From NCBI GenBank assembly GCA_944325585.1, contig CALVAS010000001.1, forward strand, positions 7,283 to 71,282: a stretch of 64,000 nt of DNA. The letters run 5' to 3'. The position numbers and the translations under genes are program-made. This stretch comes from Candidatus Gastranaerophilales bacterium. Its GTDB lineage: Bacteria > Cyanobacteriota > Vampirovibrionia > Gastranaerophilales > Gastranaerophilaceae. The notes under the pieces were generated by a model. That model did not search any database. It was not told the DNA's origin and saw only the letters and a list, made by a program, of their open reading frames with translations. This document shows positions 17,600-26,993 of this stretch, piece after piece (the first letter of the stretch is position 1; every line of letters starts with the position of its first letter).

Positions 17600-18109
17600 C
17601 TAACCGATAACAGGAGCAACAAAAGTTCTTGCTGCAAGTTCTTTATCAAGCATCAATAATGCTTTGGCGTCATCTTTGATAAGTTTTAATGTTGCAAGAA
17701 CGCCGCCGACATTTGATTCTTCTTCAACCTGTTCTTTCAAATACCAGTCGAGGAATGAAAGCGCTGCACGGTCTTTTACTTCTTCTGCAACATCCATTAA
17801 AGCATTAATGCGAGAAGTTACATACTCTTCATGTTTCAAAACTTCTTCGAAAACATGCAGAGGTGAAGTCCAGTCAACCTGCGGTTTTGCAATCGCTTCA
17901 AGTTCAACCTTGCCGCCGCGTTCGTGAACATAATTGAACATTCCCATTGCATGAGCGTGTTCTTCCTGAACTTGAACTGTCATCCAGTTTACAAAACCTT
18001 TCAGATTCAATCTTTCAAAATAAGCCTGCATTGAAAGATAAAGATATTCAGAATAAAGTTCTTTGTTAATTTGATCGTTAAATGCTTTTTCTAATTTTTC
18101 AGAAATCAT
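17600..18109 (-). CDS. ftn: Non-haem ferritin
   Basis: …ELYSEYLYLSMQAYF…QEEHAHA… are ferroxidase-centre residues. Confidence 0.85.
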   Translation of the reverse strand: MISEKLEKAFNDQINKELYSEYLYLSMQAYFERLNLKGFVNWMTVQVQEEHAHAMGMFNYVHERGGKVELEAIAKPQVDWTSPLHVFEEVLKHEEYVTSRINALMDVAEEVKDRAALSFLDWYLKEQVEEESNVGGVLATLKLIKDDAKALLMLDKELAARTFVAPVIG

Positions 18110-18289
18110 TTTTCCACTCCTTCTTATATTTTGTTATTCAGACCGACAAAGTGTCGTCCGAATAATATACCATCTGTTATTTTTAATTTTATCACCGAAA
18201 TACTCTAACAAACATTAATTTTTAATTAAATTATATTAACCATACAAGAGAATGAAAAAAATGCAGGTGTTTTTTATAAAAAATTTGTT

Positions 18290-19639
18290 ATGAATGCAAA
18301 TTTTGAAAACAATGAAATGCCGCCTGTTAAAAAACTTTTAAAAACAAAAAGCGGTAGTACAAAACTTCATTACGACAATTGGAGTACTGTGCGGAGTTTT
18401 AAAGGTGTCGGCAATGCTTCAAACAAAAAATGGATTGCGGGCATTCACCCTTCAACGCTTTTGACCAGAACCTTTAAACGCGCTGTGGATTCGATTTGTT
18501 CTCTTTGCGAGTGCAATGAATTTTATTATGAATTTCCTCCGGAAATCGAAAGTCCCAATTACGGCGACCACTGGGGCCGTCAGGCAAATTATATTGAAAT
18601 AAATAACCGTGCAATCGCAAATATGACTTACGAACATTGCTGCTGCGGAATTATCAGTGCAATGAAACTTTTGCCGGCAATTCCGCCTTCTGCATTAAGC
18701 TGGGCAAATTGTGTAATATTGTCTCAGATTTGGCCGAATATTTTCGGAGACGGCTATAACAAAGGGACTGAAGAAAATTCCATTTACGGAGTAAGACTTA
18801 ATGCGGGTTACAGCCAAAATATCATTGATTTTTCAATATATGATGAGGTAAAACCTGAGGAGCAGTTTAAAGCATTTAATGATCTTGCGCACTTTAGAGG
18901 ACTTAAAACGGGATTTCGTGTGGTAATATCGGCAGATCAGATGAAGATTGCACATCCTGACGGGGATGATGAAGGTTTTGACTGGTGTAATCCGCAGCAT
19001 CAGGAAATCTGGATTGATGAGTGCGTAAAACTTTGTAAATTAGGTTTTGAAGCGATTTTTATAGATTCCGCAAAACACATCGGAGGTTATGATTGTGAAA
19101 ATTATACAGGTGTCGGAGATTTGCCCGAATACGGACAAATGCAGTATATTTTGAATGCTATCCGTTCACGCTCCGGAATGACAACATTGAGTTTTGTCGG
19201 AGAAAAAAGTTCCGGCGACTTTGAGCGTTACAAAAACCTCGGATTAACGGCGGGAACGGCTTTTATAAATCCGGACAATTACGAAACCGTAAAAGATTGG
19301 TCGGAAAAACTTAAATACAATCGTGAGTACGCACCGGGCGTTGAAGTTTCAAATGATAACGATACAGGCGGAACGCCTTATGAAATAAGATTGGAAAGAA
19401 TAAGAAATTCTCTGTTCGGTTATGAATTTGCCAGCGATAAACTTCCGAGTTTTATGCAGATGGAAGACTTATTTCCTTTGCGTTATGACACAAACACGCA
19501 TCTTTTAATGATGACAAATCCGTCTTATTCCACAGACGGCACCCCGGAAAGTCACTGGTACAATCTTTTTACTCATGATGACGGGATTGAATATAACAGA
19601 AAAGTCGGAGAACTGTTTGCATATGCACTTGACAAATGA
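18290..19639 (+). CDS. Divergent alpha-amylase-family (GH13-like) TIM-barrel protein
   Basis: Segments resemble GH13 regions I-IV: GFRVVISADQ, GFEAIFIDSAKHI, SFVGEKSS and VSNDNDT. The match is distant, so low certainty. Confidence 0.4.
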   Translation: MNANFENNEMPPVKKLLKTKSGSTKLHYDNWSTVRSFKGVGNASNKKWIAGIHPSTLLTRTFKRAVDSICSLCECNEFYYEFPPEIESPNYGDHWGRQANYIEINNRAIANMTYEHCCCGIISAMKLLPAIPPSALSWANCVILSQIWPNIFGDGYNKGTEENSIYGVRLNAGYSQNIIDFSIYDEVKPEEQFKAFNDLAHFRGLKTGFRVVISADQMKIAHPDGDDEGFDWCNPQHQEIWIDECVKLCKLGFEAIFIDSAKHIGGYDCENYTGVGDLPEYGQMQYILNAIRSRSGMTTLSFVGEKSSGDFERYKNLGLTAGTAFINPDNYETVKDWSEKLKYNREYAPGVEVSNDNDTGGTPYEIRLERIRNSLFGYEFASDKLPSFMQMEDLFPLRYDTNTHLLMMTNPSYSTDGTPESHWYNLFTHDDGIEYNRKVGELFAYALDK

Positions 19640-19703
19640 GGGCGGGTCAATTGGATATCCGCCGGAAAAACGCTTTAAACAATAAACAGAAAGGAAAATT
19701 GAT

Positions 19704-21008
19704 ATGACATTTAATCCGTTAAAAGAAAAAGGTATTTCAATCAAAAATCAGCTGAGAAGCTGGCATGATATTGTTAAAAGACCTTTTGACAAACATAAAG
19801 TTGACTGTTACACAAGAACAAGACAAATTTTGATGAACGGCATTGAGGTTGAGGCGTGGAATTTTAAACATGCTTTTGCAAGATTTTGTCCGGACTGTGA
19901 GGTCTGCAAAACTATTGCGGAAGTCCGCAGGATTGAAGATATGCAGCAAACGACCGTAAACTGGATGACGCCTGCGGAACAATCAGTGCTTGAAACAACC
20001 CTCGGATATGAACAGGTCGCAGTTGATTTGACCGCATGGCTTGCGCAGAATGAACCTGATGATTATGTTCGTGAAACTTTCAACTTCGGTTTGCTTGAAG
20101 ACTTTGATCATTTGTACAGATACAGTCAGTGGGCATATATGATTCACGGGATTGATCCGAATAACATCATTCAAAACCAAACGGATGTTCTGGTGAGCCG
20201 TCCGACTCAAAACCACCACAATGACAACAAAATAAGACTTCGCAGCCATTATGACCGCAATACCGCGGATCCTCAAACAAAAGTTAATATTTTAACACTT
20301 GTATCCGGTGAACAGCAGACGCACAATTTTTATGCAGAACACGGAATGATGTACGGGAATGATGATTTGCGCAGAACTTTCGGTGAAATATGCGACGTTG
20401 AAGAGGAACATGTTTCAATGTATGAATCTTTGATTGATCCGGAGGAAACAATGTATGAGAAACTTCTTCTTCATGAATTTACGGAAGTCTGTACATATTA
20501 CAACTGCTATAAAGACGAACAGGATGAAAAGTTAAAAATGATTTGGGAAGAGTTTCTTGCATTTGAACTTGAACATTTGAAAATCGCTTCTGATTTAATC
20601 AAAAAACACGAAAAACGTGATCCAGAAGAAATTATAGGAGACAAAGTTCTCGAACCTTGTCATTTTGAAAGCCAGAAAGAATATGTTGCGGATATTCTTG
20701 TGAATGAAGTCGACAAACGTCTTGACGGTACGGAAAAGAAAGGTTACACAACAATTGACAGACTTCCTGATGATTGGGCAAGTTATGAGGTTCAGGAAAT
20801 TGTCGGAGAAGACGGAGCCCCGACAGAAAAAACAATTCAACTTATTACGGCTGCAACCGGACGGGATATTGTTTTTGCAGCACCGAAACTTATTAAAAAA
20901 CAGGCTGATTTGATTGAACGCGGTCTTGAGGCAAAATCTCAGGCTCCCGATACGGTTTCGGCAGACGATTACAGAGATATGGAAACCGTTGAAATGGTGG
21001 AACTTTAA
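19704..21008 (+). CDS. Ferritin-like / di-iron carboxylate superfamily protein (434 aa)
   Basis: Helical, with repeated E…ExxH signatures (DVEEEHV, FELEHL, LEDFDH). No specific family recognised. Confidence 0.4.
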   Translation: MTFNPLKEKGISIKNQLRSWHDIVKRPFDKHKVDCYTRTRQILMNGIEVEAWNFKHAFARFCPDCEVCKTIAEVRRIEDMQQTTVNWMTPAEQSVLETTLGYEQVAVDLTAWLAQNEPDDYVRETFNFGLLEDFDHLYRYSQWAYMIHGIDPNNIIQNQTDVLVSRPTQNHHNDNKIRLRSHYDRNTADPQTKVNILTLVSGEQQTHNFYAEHGMMYGNDDLRRTFGEICDVEEEHVSMYESLIDPEETMYEKLLLHEFTEVCTYYNCYKDEQDEKLKMIWEEFLAFELEHLKIASDLIKKHEKRDPEEIIGDKVLEPCHFESQKEYVADILVNEVDKRLDGTEKKGYTTIDRLPDDWASYEVQEIVGEDGAPTEKTIQLITAATGRDIVFAAPKLIKKQADLIERGLEAKSQAPDTVSADDYRDMETVEMVEL

Positions 21009-21031
21009 CAAATACAGAAAGGAAATTTTTT

Positions 21032-21301
21032 ATGGACAAAACAGTTAAAATAGTCGGCGGATTTATCCTTTTCGGGTTGGCCGCAGCGGTTGTCACAGCA
21101 ATTGTGATGGCGAAAAACGGCAAATTCGACGAGATGATAGAGAAAATTAAAGATAAAAAAGAATCCTGCGAAAATGATTCGGAAGATATTTTCGAAAAAG
21201 GAATGTGCATGATTTCAAAAAATTCGGATGACTACAAGCCGCATGATAAAAAATCTTACGGAAGAGAAGATTTGAAAGCCTATCCGAACGGAAAACATTA
21301 A
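21032..21301 (+). CDS. Small single-pass membrane protein (89 aa)
   Basis: N-terminal TM IVGGFILFGLAAAVVTAIVM followed by a charged tail. Confidence 0.45.
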   Translation: MDKTVKIVGGFILFGLAAAVVTAIVMAKNGKFDEMIEKIKDKKESCENDSEDIFEKGMCMISKNSDDYKPHDKKSYGREDLKAYPNGKH

Positions 21302-21397
21302 GATAAAACATTTTTATAAAAAGATTCTTCGCATCTGATTTTGGTCTGTGCAATGCAGGAAAATCATCTGATTTCAGTGAAATGTGAAGAATCTTTT

Positions 21398-22030
21398 TTA
21401 TATCAAATTTACAAGACCTGTTGAATGGTCAAAATGACAATTTGCAATGAACAGTTCGTTGTTTTTAACGGCTTCGTTTATAATGACCGAATGCTTCATC
21501 AAATAATCATTTACCCAGATTGTATGCTGCTGTGCGAAAAAGTTGTGGCAGGTTATGTCCTCTTTTTTATCCAAAACCGGATAAACACATTTTAAAATTG
21601 ATGAAAATTCTCTCATCGGTTCCGGATAATGTTCTTTTGCATACTTCATAACTCCGCAGTCATCATGCCCCAGAAGAATCAGAAGCGGAACTTTAAGTTT
21701 TTTAACCGCATATTCGACACTTTCAATTACATTTGCTCCTGTTGTCATTCCGGCAACTCTTACCACAAAGATTTCACCGATTCCGCAGTCAAAAATAATT
21801 TCCGGCACAACGCGCGAGTCGGAACATGTCAATACACACGCATACGGCTCCTGATGAAATGCATATTTGTTTAACGTCTCAAGCGACATGTTTTTTAAAG
21901 TCGGTGTTCCGTTTACAAAATTCAAATTGCCTTTTAAAAGTTTTTCAAGCTCGTTTTTTGCTTTAAGTGTTATGTTTTCAGGTATATTAAAATTGTTTTC
22001 CATAAATATATTTTTATATAAAAAGTTCAC
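21398..22030 (-). CDS. Beta-class carbonic anhydrase
   Basis: CSDSRV and GHDDCG zinc-ligand motifs. The start is ambiguous (GTG 22030 or ATG 22003). Confidence 0.85.
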   Translation of the reverse strand: MNFLYKNIFMENNFNIPENITLKAKNELEKLLKGNLNFVNGTPTLKNMSLETLNKYAFHQEPYACVLTCSDSRVVPEIIFDCGIGEIFVVRVAGMTTGANVIESVEYAVKKLKVPLLILLGHDDCGVMKYAKEHYPEPMREFSSILKCVYPVLDKKEDITCHNFFAQQHTIWVNDYLMKHSVIINEAVKNNELFIANCHFDHSTGLVNLI

Positions 22031-22042
22031 ATAAGCAAATTG

Positions 22043-22462
22043 TTAAGATTTTTCACCATCCAGATAATCTTTGAAAGTTTTTATATTAACCCTGTACCCG
22101 CAGCCTTCATGGAGTTTTCCGGGGAAGTAAAGTTTTTTAACGGGATAGTTTCTGCACATTCGCGGTCTGTTTTTGTAATCCGAACACAACCCCTCGGGCG
22201 TTACAAGTTTGCAGGCAAATATAAAATTGCCATGTTCATCTTTTCCTTTAATATAAAATCGTCTGTATTTCGGAAATAAAAACTGCATTATTTTAAATTC
22301 CTTTTCCGTATATGTGTCGACACTGTACATGTAATTGCAGCATTTGCCGCATTTTTTACATTCTCCGGTCACTTCGTAAACAATTTTTTCCGGCACAAAA
22401 TACGAGCGGAATTCATTAATTATCGAAATAATAAAGTCAAACATAAAAATATTATATCCCAA
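22043..22462 (-). CDS. YkgJ-family cysteine-cluster protein (UPF0153)
   Basis: CKKCGKCC… and C-terminal …CSDYKNRPRMCRNYP. Confidence 0.7.
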   Translation of the reverse strand: MGYNIFMFDFIISIINEFRSYFVPEKIVYEVTGECKKCGKCCNYMYSVDTYTEKEFKIMQFLFPKYRRFYIKGKDEHGNFIFACKLVTPEGLCSDYKNRPRMCRNYPVKKLYFPGKLHEGCGYRVNIKTFKDYLDGEKS

Positions 22463-22537
22463 TTTGTTATAAACTTGCCTATGACTAAATTTTATACTAA
22501 AATCATGGAAGTAACATTAAAAGGTAATTAAGTACAA

Positions 22538-24700
22538 ATGGTAAGAATAAAAAGAACAAGTTCCGATAAAGCAGCGGCAAGAAGAAATATTGTTCGTAAA
22601 GAAAATAAATTTTTTAAGGCAGTGAAAGTAACATTTATTTTAGGCGTGGCATTTGTTTTAGCAGCAGGTGTTTCTTTCAACCTTTATCTTTCATCACTTC
22701 CGCCGATAAACAATCTTGACGGATTTAAACCTAATATTGTTACAAAATTCTATTCTCATGACGGTGAAATTATCAAAACTTTCACCGCATATACTTATTC
22801 CCGTGTTGATATAAAAAACGTTCCTCAGGATTTTATCAATGCACTTATCGCAACCGAGGATAAAAATTTCTACAACCACAACGGTTATGATTTGTACGGC
22901 CTTGCCCGTTCAACAGTGCAAAATCTTATTGCCAGAAAGTTTGTTCAGGGCGCAAGTACAATTACCCAGCAGCTTGCAAGAATTTTGTTCCTCTCAAACG
23001 AAAAAACTTTTGACAGAAAGTTAAAAGAACTTGTGATTGCAGCAAGAATCGAAAAAACCATTTCAAAAGAACAAATTCTTGAAATGTATATGAATAATGT
23101 TTATTTGGGCTCCGGCGCCTATGGCGTTGAAGGTGCTGCCGAAATTTATTTTAATAAAAAACTCAAAGAACTTTCTCTTCCGGAACTTGCTTTGATTGCG
23201 GGGCTTCCGCAGGCTCCGTCCGTATATTCTCCGTTCAACAATCTTGATCTGGCTATTCAGCGTCGTAATCAGGTTTTGTTGAGAATGTATAAAATGAAAT
23301 ATATTACCAAAGAGCAATACGAAAAAGCAAAAGAAGCGAAAGTAAAACTCAGTGCGGTTCCCAAATTTTATACAACAAACAAAGCGCCTTATTTTTGCGA
23401 TTTAGTTATGGCTGAACTTGAAAAATTAGGCTTTGATGACACGGATATTTCACAGGGCGGTTACAAAATTGTTACAACACTGGATGCAAAAGCTCAAAAA
23501 GCCGCTAATGAAGCGATTATCAAAAATCTGAACGCTTACGGATTAAAAGGTAAAAACCAGCAGGCAGCTGTCTTTTCATTCAGTCCGATAGACGGCAGAA
23601 TTCTGGCATATGCCGGCGGAAAAGATTATACCCAGAGCCAGTTTGACCGTGTACAGGCCGTAAGACCTGCGGGGTCTGCTTTCAAACCATTTGTTTATGC
23701 TGCTGCAATTGAAAAAGGTATCAGTCCGAACGATTTCATAGACGATTCCCCCGTAACTCTCGGTGATTGGTCTCCGCATAACTACGGCAAATACAGAGGC
23801 AAAATTCCTGTTTACAAAGCTCTTATGTATTCATCCAACGTCTGTGCCGCAAGATTGATTAAAGAAGTCGGAGTACGTTCCGTAATTCAGCTTGCAAGAG
23901 TTCTCGGCATAACAACTCCGCTTGAATATGATTATACAATTGCGTTAGGCTCAAACGGTACAAAATTATTCGAAATTACAAGGGCATACGGAGCTTTTGC
24001 AAACGGCGGTTATGTTGTACAGCCTTATGCAATCGAAAGTGTTGAAACTTCACGCGGAAAAGTCGTTTATCGCGCTCCTGCAGTTAAGTCCTCTCATCAA
24101 TTAAGTTACAATACTGCGGCTGTTATGACGGCAATGCTTAAAAATGTTATCAAAAGCGGTACAGGTGTTGCTGCAAATATCGGCAAACCGGCAGCCGGCA
24201 AAACAGGTACAACTGATGATTACAAGGATGCAAGTTTTATAGGCTATACACCTGATGTTGTAACAGGAGTTTGGGTTGGTAATGATGATAACACAACCAA
24301 TTCAAAAGCAATTCAGGGCGGAACGGTTCCGGCACTTATCTGGCGTGATGTAATGAAAGTTGCAACAGCTCCATATAAAAATGCTGATTTCGACTATCCG
24401 GTGATAGAGTTTATAAATACAAAAGCTCCTGTAGAAAAACCACAGGCAGAGCCGGAAGAGAAGAGTGATGAAAATGCTGAACAAAATCAAGATCAACTTG
24501 AAAATAACACTGAAAATACCAAGCCGGCTGTAACACCTGCCGATGTATTGAAAAACTTTAAACAATCTCAGGCTGAAAAGAATAACGCATCTCAAACACC
24601 TGCCGCTCCGGTTCCGGTGCAGCCGCAGACACCTGCTCCACAGCCGCAGCCGAAAGCTCCTGTCCCTGTACCAATGGCAGTTCCGGAGAGCTTACACTAA
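22538..24700 (+). CDS. mrcA: Class A penicillin-binding protein (PBP1A; glycosyltransferase + transpeptidase)
   Basis: GT51 motifs EDKNFYNHNG and RKLKE. Transpeptidase motifs SAFKP, SSN and KTGT. Pro-rich C-terminal tail. Confidence 0.9.
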   Translation: MVRIKRTSSDKAAARRNIVRKENKFFKAVKVTFILGVAFVLAAGVSFNLYLSSLPPINNLDGFKPNIVTKFYSHDGEIIKTFTAYTYSRVDIKNVPQDFINALIATEDKNFYNHNGYDLYGLARSTVQNLIARKFVQGASTITQQLARILFLSNEKTFDRKLKELVIAARIEKTISKEQILEMYMNNVYLGSGAYGVEGAAEIYFNKKLKELSLPELALIAGLPQAPSVYSPFNNLDLAIQRRNQVLLRMYKMKYITKEQYEKAKEAKVKLSAVPKFYTTNKAPYFCDLVMAELEKLGFDDTDISQGGYKIVTTLDAKAQKAANEAIIKNLNAYGLKGKNQQAAVFSFSPIDGRILAYAGGKDYTQSQFDRVQAVRPAGSAFKPFVYAAAIEKGISPNDFIDDSPVTLGDWSPHNYGKYRGKIPVYKALMYSSNVCAARLIKEVGVRSVIQLARVLGITTPLEYDYTIALGSNGTKLFEITRAYGAFANGGYVVQPYAIESVETSRGKVVYRAPAVKSSHQLSYNTAAVMTAMLKNVIKSGTGVAANIGKPAAGKTGTTDDYKDASFIGYTPDVVTGVWVGNDDNTTNSKAIQGGTVPALIWRDVMKVATAPYKNADFDYPVIEFINTKAPVEKPQAEPEEKSDENAEQNQDQLENNTENTKPAVTPADVLKNFKQSQAEKNNASQTPAAPVPVQPQTPAPQPQPKAPVPVPMAVPESLH

Positions 24701-25338
24701 TGAATGAAAATATTTTTATCCCGCATATTGGAGTTGATGAATCCGGCAAAGGTGATTTTTTCGGGCCGCTTTGCGTTGCAGGGGTTCTTGTAGATGAAAA
24801 AAACGCGGAGTTTTTCAAATCACTCGGAATAAGAGACAGCAAAAAAATTACCGATAAAAAAATTTTGGAACTTGAAACAAAGATTAAAGCAAATGCCCCT
24901 CATACGGTAATTGTTATTGCAAATAAAAGGTATAACGAGCTTTACGGAAATATAAAAAATCTCAATAAACTTCTTGCCTGGGGGCATGCAAGAGCGATTG
25001 AAAATATTCTTGAAAAAGAAAATTGTGAATATGCTCTGTCCGATCAATTCGGTGATGAAAGTCTTATCAAATCCGCACTGATGAAGAAAGGTCGTGAAAT
25101 AAGATTAGAACAGATGGTGCGTGCGGAAAGCGATGTCGCTGTTGCGGCAGCTTCAATTCTTGCGCGGGCCGCATTCGTGCATAAAATTTCTGCACTTGAA
25201 AGCGAATTCGGAATCAGATTTCCAAAAGGCTGTGCGTCTCAGGTTAAAGATGCAGCCAAGGAATTTATTCAAAAATTCGGGCGTGAAAGGCTTAATGAGG
25301 TCTGTAAAACACATTTTAAAACTTATAAAGAAGTTTAA
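24700..25338 (+). CDS. RNase HII/HIII-family ribonuclease, RNase HIII-like catalytic domain without the N-terminal domain
   Basis: GVDESGKGDFFGPLCVAG and …SDQFGD…ESDVAVAAASILAR. The DESGKGD signature is HIII-like. Confidence 0.7.
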   Translation: MNENIFIPHIGVDESGKGDFFGPLCVAGVLVDEKNAEFFKSLGIRDSKKITDKKILELETKIKANAPHTVIVIANKRYNELYGNIKNLNKLLAWGHARAIENILEKENCEYALSDQFGDESLIKSALMKKGREIRLEQMVRAESDVAVAAASILARAAFVHKISALESEFGIRFPKGCASQVKDAAKEFIQKFGRERLNEVCKTHFKTYKEV

Positions 25339-25342
25339 AAAA

Positions 25343-25367
25343 ATCCGGCTGATTAGCCGGATTTTTT
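25343..25367. terminator. Bidirectional terminator between rnh and hpf
   Basis: AAAAAAATCCGGCT-gatt-AGCCGGATTTTTT. Confidence 0.75.
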
Positions 25368-25388
25368 AAGAAACTTTTTTGTTCAAAA

Positions 25389-25754
25389 TTATTCTTCAAC
25401 GGTTTCTTTTTCTTCAGCTTCTTCAACAACATCTGTTCTGATTGAAGAATTGTCGAAACCTGATGTTTTTTCTTTTTGTTTTTTAATCTGTCTTGCCAGT
25501 TTGTCAGCAAGCAAATCAATACTTGCATACATTGATTCGGCAGCCTCTTCAACACGGATTGTACCGCTGTTTGTTTTGCACAAAACTTCTGCTATATGTT
25601 TCTCCGATGCAGCCGGATTTTTGATAACAGTCAACACAACTTCAATTCCTTGAATTTGGTCGTAATGACTTGCAACTTTGCCCAGTTTCTCCTTAACATA
25701 AGCCTTGATTGCATCCGTGATTTCAATGTTTCGTCCGTTAACGTGAATGTGCAT
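25389..25754 (-). CDS. hpf: Ribosome hibernation promoting factor / RaiA family
   Basis: MHIHVNGRNIEITDAIKAYVKEKL…SMYASIDLLADKLARQIKK. Confidence 0.85.
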   Translation of the reverse strand: MHIHVNGRNIEITDAIKAYVKEKLGKVASHYDQIQGIEVVLTVIKNPAASEKHIAEVLCKTNSGTIRVEEAAESMYASIDLLADKLARQIKKQKEKTSGFDNSSIRTDVVEEAEEKETVEE

Positions 25755-25864
25755 CTGAACCTCCTATTTATACTGCCTATACAGTATAACATAATAATGA
25801 TTTTTTTTAAAGGGTAAATATCATTTCAGGTAATGTATATTTAACACAAATTCACTTTCAAAGA

Positions 25865-26086
25865 CTAATCTTCCAAAATAAATTGCTGCAATTCAACATT
25901 AGGAGTTCCGATAACACGAACCAATTCAAGAACTGATGCTTTCATCTGGCATTTTTGTGATGATCCGCTGAAAAAATCTTTATAAAAACAACCTTCACAG
26001 TTGCACCCGCGTTTGTAACATTCCAAAGCTGTCGGCGTCCATCTTCTGACGGCAACGGCTCTACCCATATCTCTACTTCTAAACAA
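25865..26086 (-). CDS. Small Cys-rich protein (67-73 aa), unknown function
   Basis: …WTPTALECYKRGCNCEGCFYKDFF…QKCQMK…. Start is TTG 26086 or ATG 26068. Preceded by a roughly 100-nt structured leader. Confidence 0.5.
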   Translation of the reverse strand: MFRSRDMGRAVAVRRWTPTALECYKRGCNCEGCFYKDFFSGSSQKCQMKASVLELVRVIGTPNVELQQFILED

Positions 26087-26191
26087 TTTATACTATCTCC
26101 AAACTTTAATCTACAACAATAGCAAAGTTTCCAGCCGACTGACAGGCTGTTTTCTCCACCCCTCGCGGTCTTTCGACCACCTCTTAATTAC

Positions 26192-26219
26192 ATTATAGGA
26201 AATAAGGATATTTTTTCAA
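26192..26219 (-). promoter_or_regulatory. Near-consensus promoter TTGAAA-16-TATAAT driving the leader of the Cys-rich ORF
   Basis: -35 at 26219..26214, -10 at 26197..26192. TSS predicted near 26185. Confidence 0.55.
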
Positions 26220-26438
26220 GGGCACAACATGAGAATATTAACAATTGTAACGAAAGTCTTAATTTAAGCATTTCTGCGGGTTTTGCACGGTCAACATCCG
26301 CAAAACCGAAACTGTAACATGGTTTTGGAGCTTTTGGCCATGAAATCATGCTCGTGGCATGTGTTTCCATGATTTTAAACTTTATTAAGTTTTGTAAAAG
26401 ATTATAATATGCGACCTGATTTGGGGCATGCCGATTTT

Positions 26439-26993
26439 TTAAAATAAGGCTTTGACTGCGAGAATTATAAGTATTACGCCGCCTGAAACTTCCAGAATTT
26501 TTGACGGAAAATTTTTAAACAGATTCCCGAACCAGAATCCGAAAAGTGACATTAAAAATGAAACGGTTCCGATAACAAGAGCGGGCAGTAAAAGTTCTGT
26601 TTCGCTAAACTTCAGGCTTGCACCGGCGGCGAGTGCATCAATACTTGTCGCAAGCCCCATTGTCATAAGGCAGGCAAAACCGATACAGCAAATTTTTTCA
26701 TCTTCTTTTTCTTGAAACGCTTCAAAAATAAATTTTACACCCAGAATCAGAAATATTGCAAAAACCAGCCAATGACTGAAAGTTTCTACATATTTGTTTA
26801 TAAGGTTTGCAAAAACATAGCCGATTGCGGGCATCAAACCTTGAAAAATTCCCATAGTCAGGGCAAGCAGAAATGAATTTTTGCGGCGGTTTGACGTGAA
26901 AACCAATCCTTGTGAAAAAGATACAACGCAGCAATCAACACCTAAAGCAATAGCAAGCAGAATTATCTCAAATGAACTCAATTTCCACCTCAA
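26439..26993 (-). CDS. mntP: Manganese efflux pump MntP family (DUF204)
   Basis: Two DUF204 repeats (LAIALGVDCCVVS… and GLATSIDALAAG…), six TM segments. Confidence 0.8.
   Translation of the reverse strand: MRWKLSSFEIILLAIALGVDCCVVSFSQGLVFTSNRRKNSFLLALTMGIFQGLMPAIGYVFANLINKYVETFSHWLVFAIFLILGVKFIFEAFQEKEDEKICCIGFACLMTMGLATSIDALAAGASLKFSETELLLPALVIGTVSFLMSLFGFWFGNLFKNFPSKILEVSGGVILIILAVKALF

Noticed and set aside
21316-21401. 13-bp inverted repeat AAAAAGATTCTTC…GAAGAATCTTTTT separated by about 55 nt, between convergent genes.
   Set aside because: It is probably just a long-loop bidirectional terminator region that overlaps the carbonic anhydrase stop. Nothing else distinguishes it.
26188-26370. 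60-aa minus-strand ORF.
   Set aside because: It lies upstream of, and across, the mapped promoter. It has no SD, and the region is dominated by hairpins, so I treat it as non-coding.
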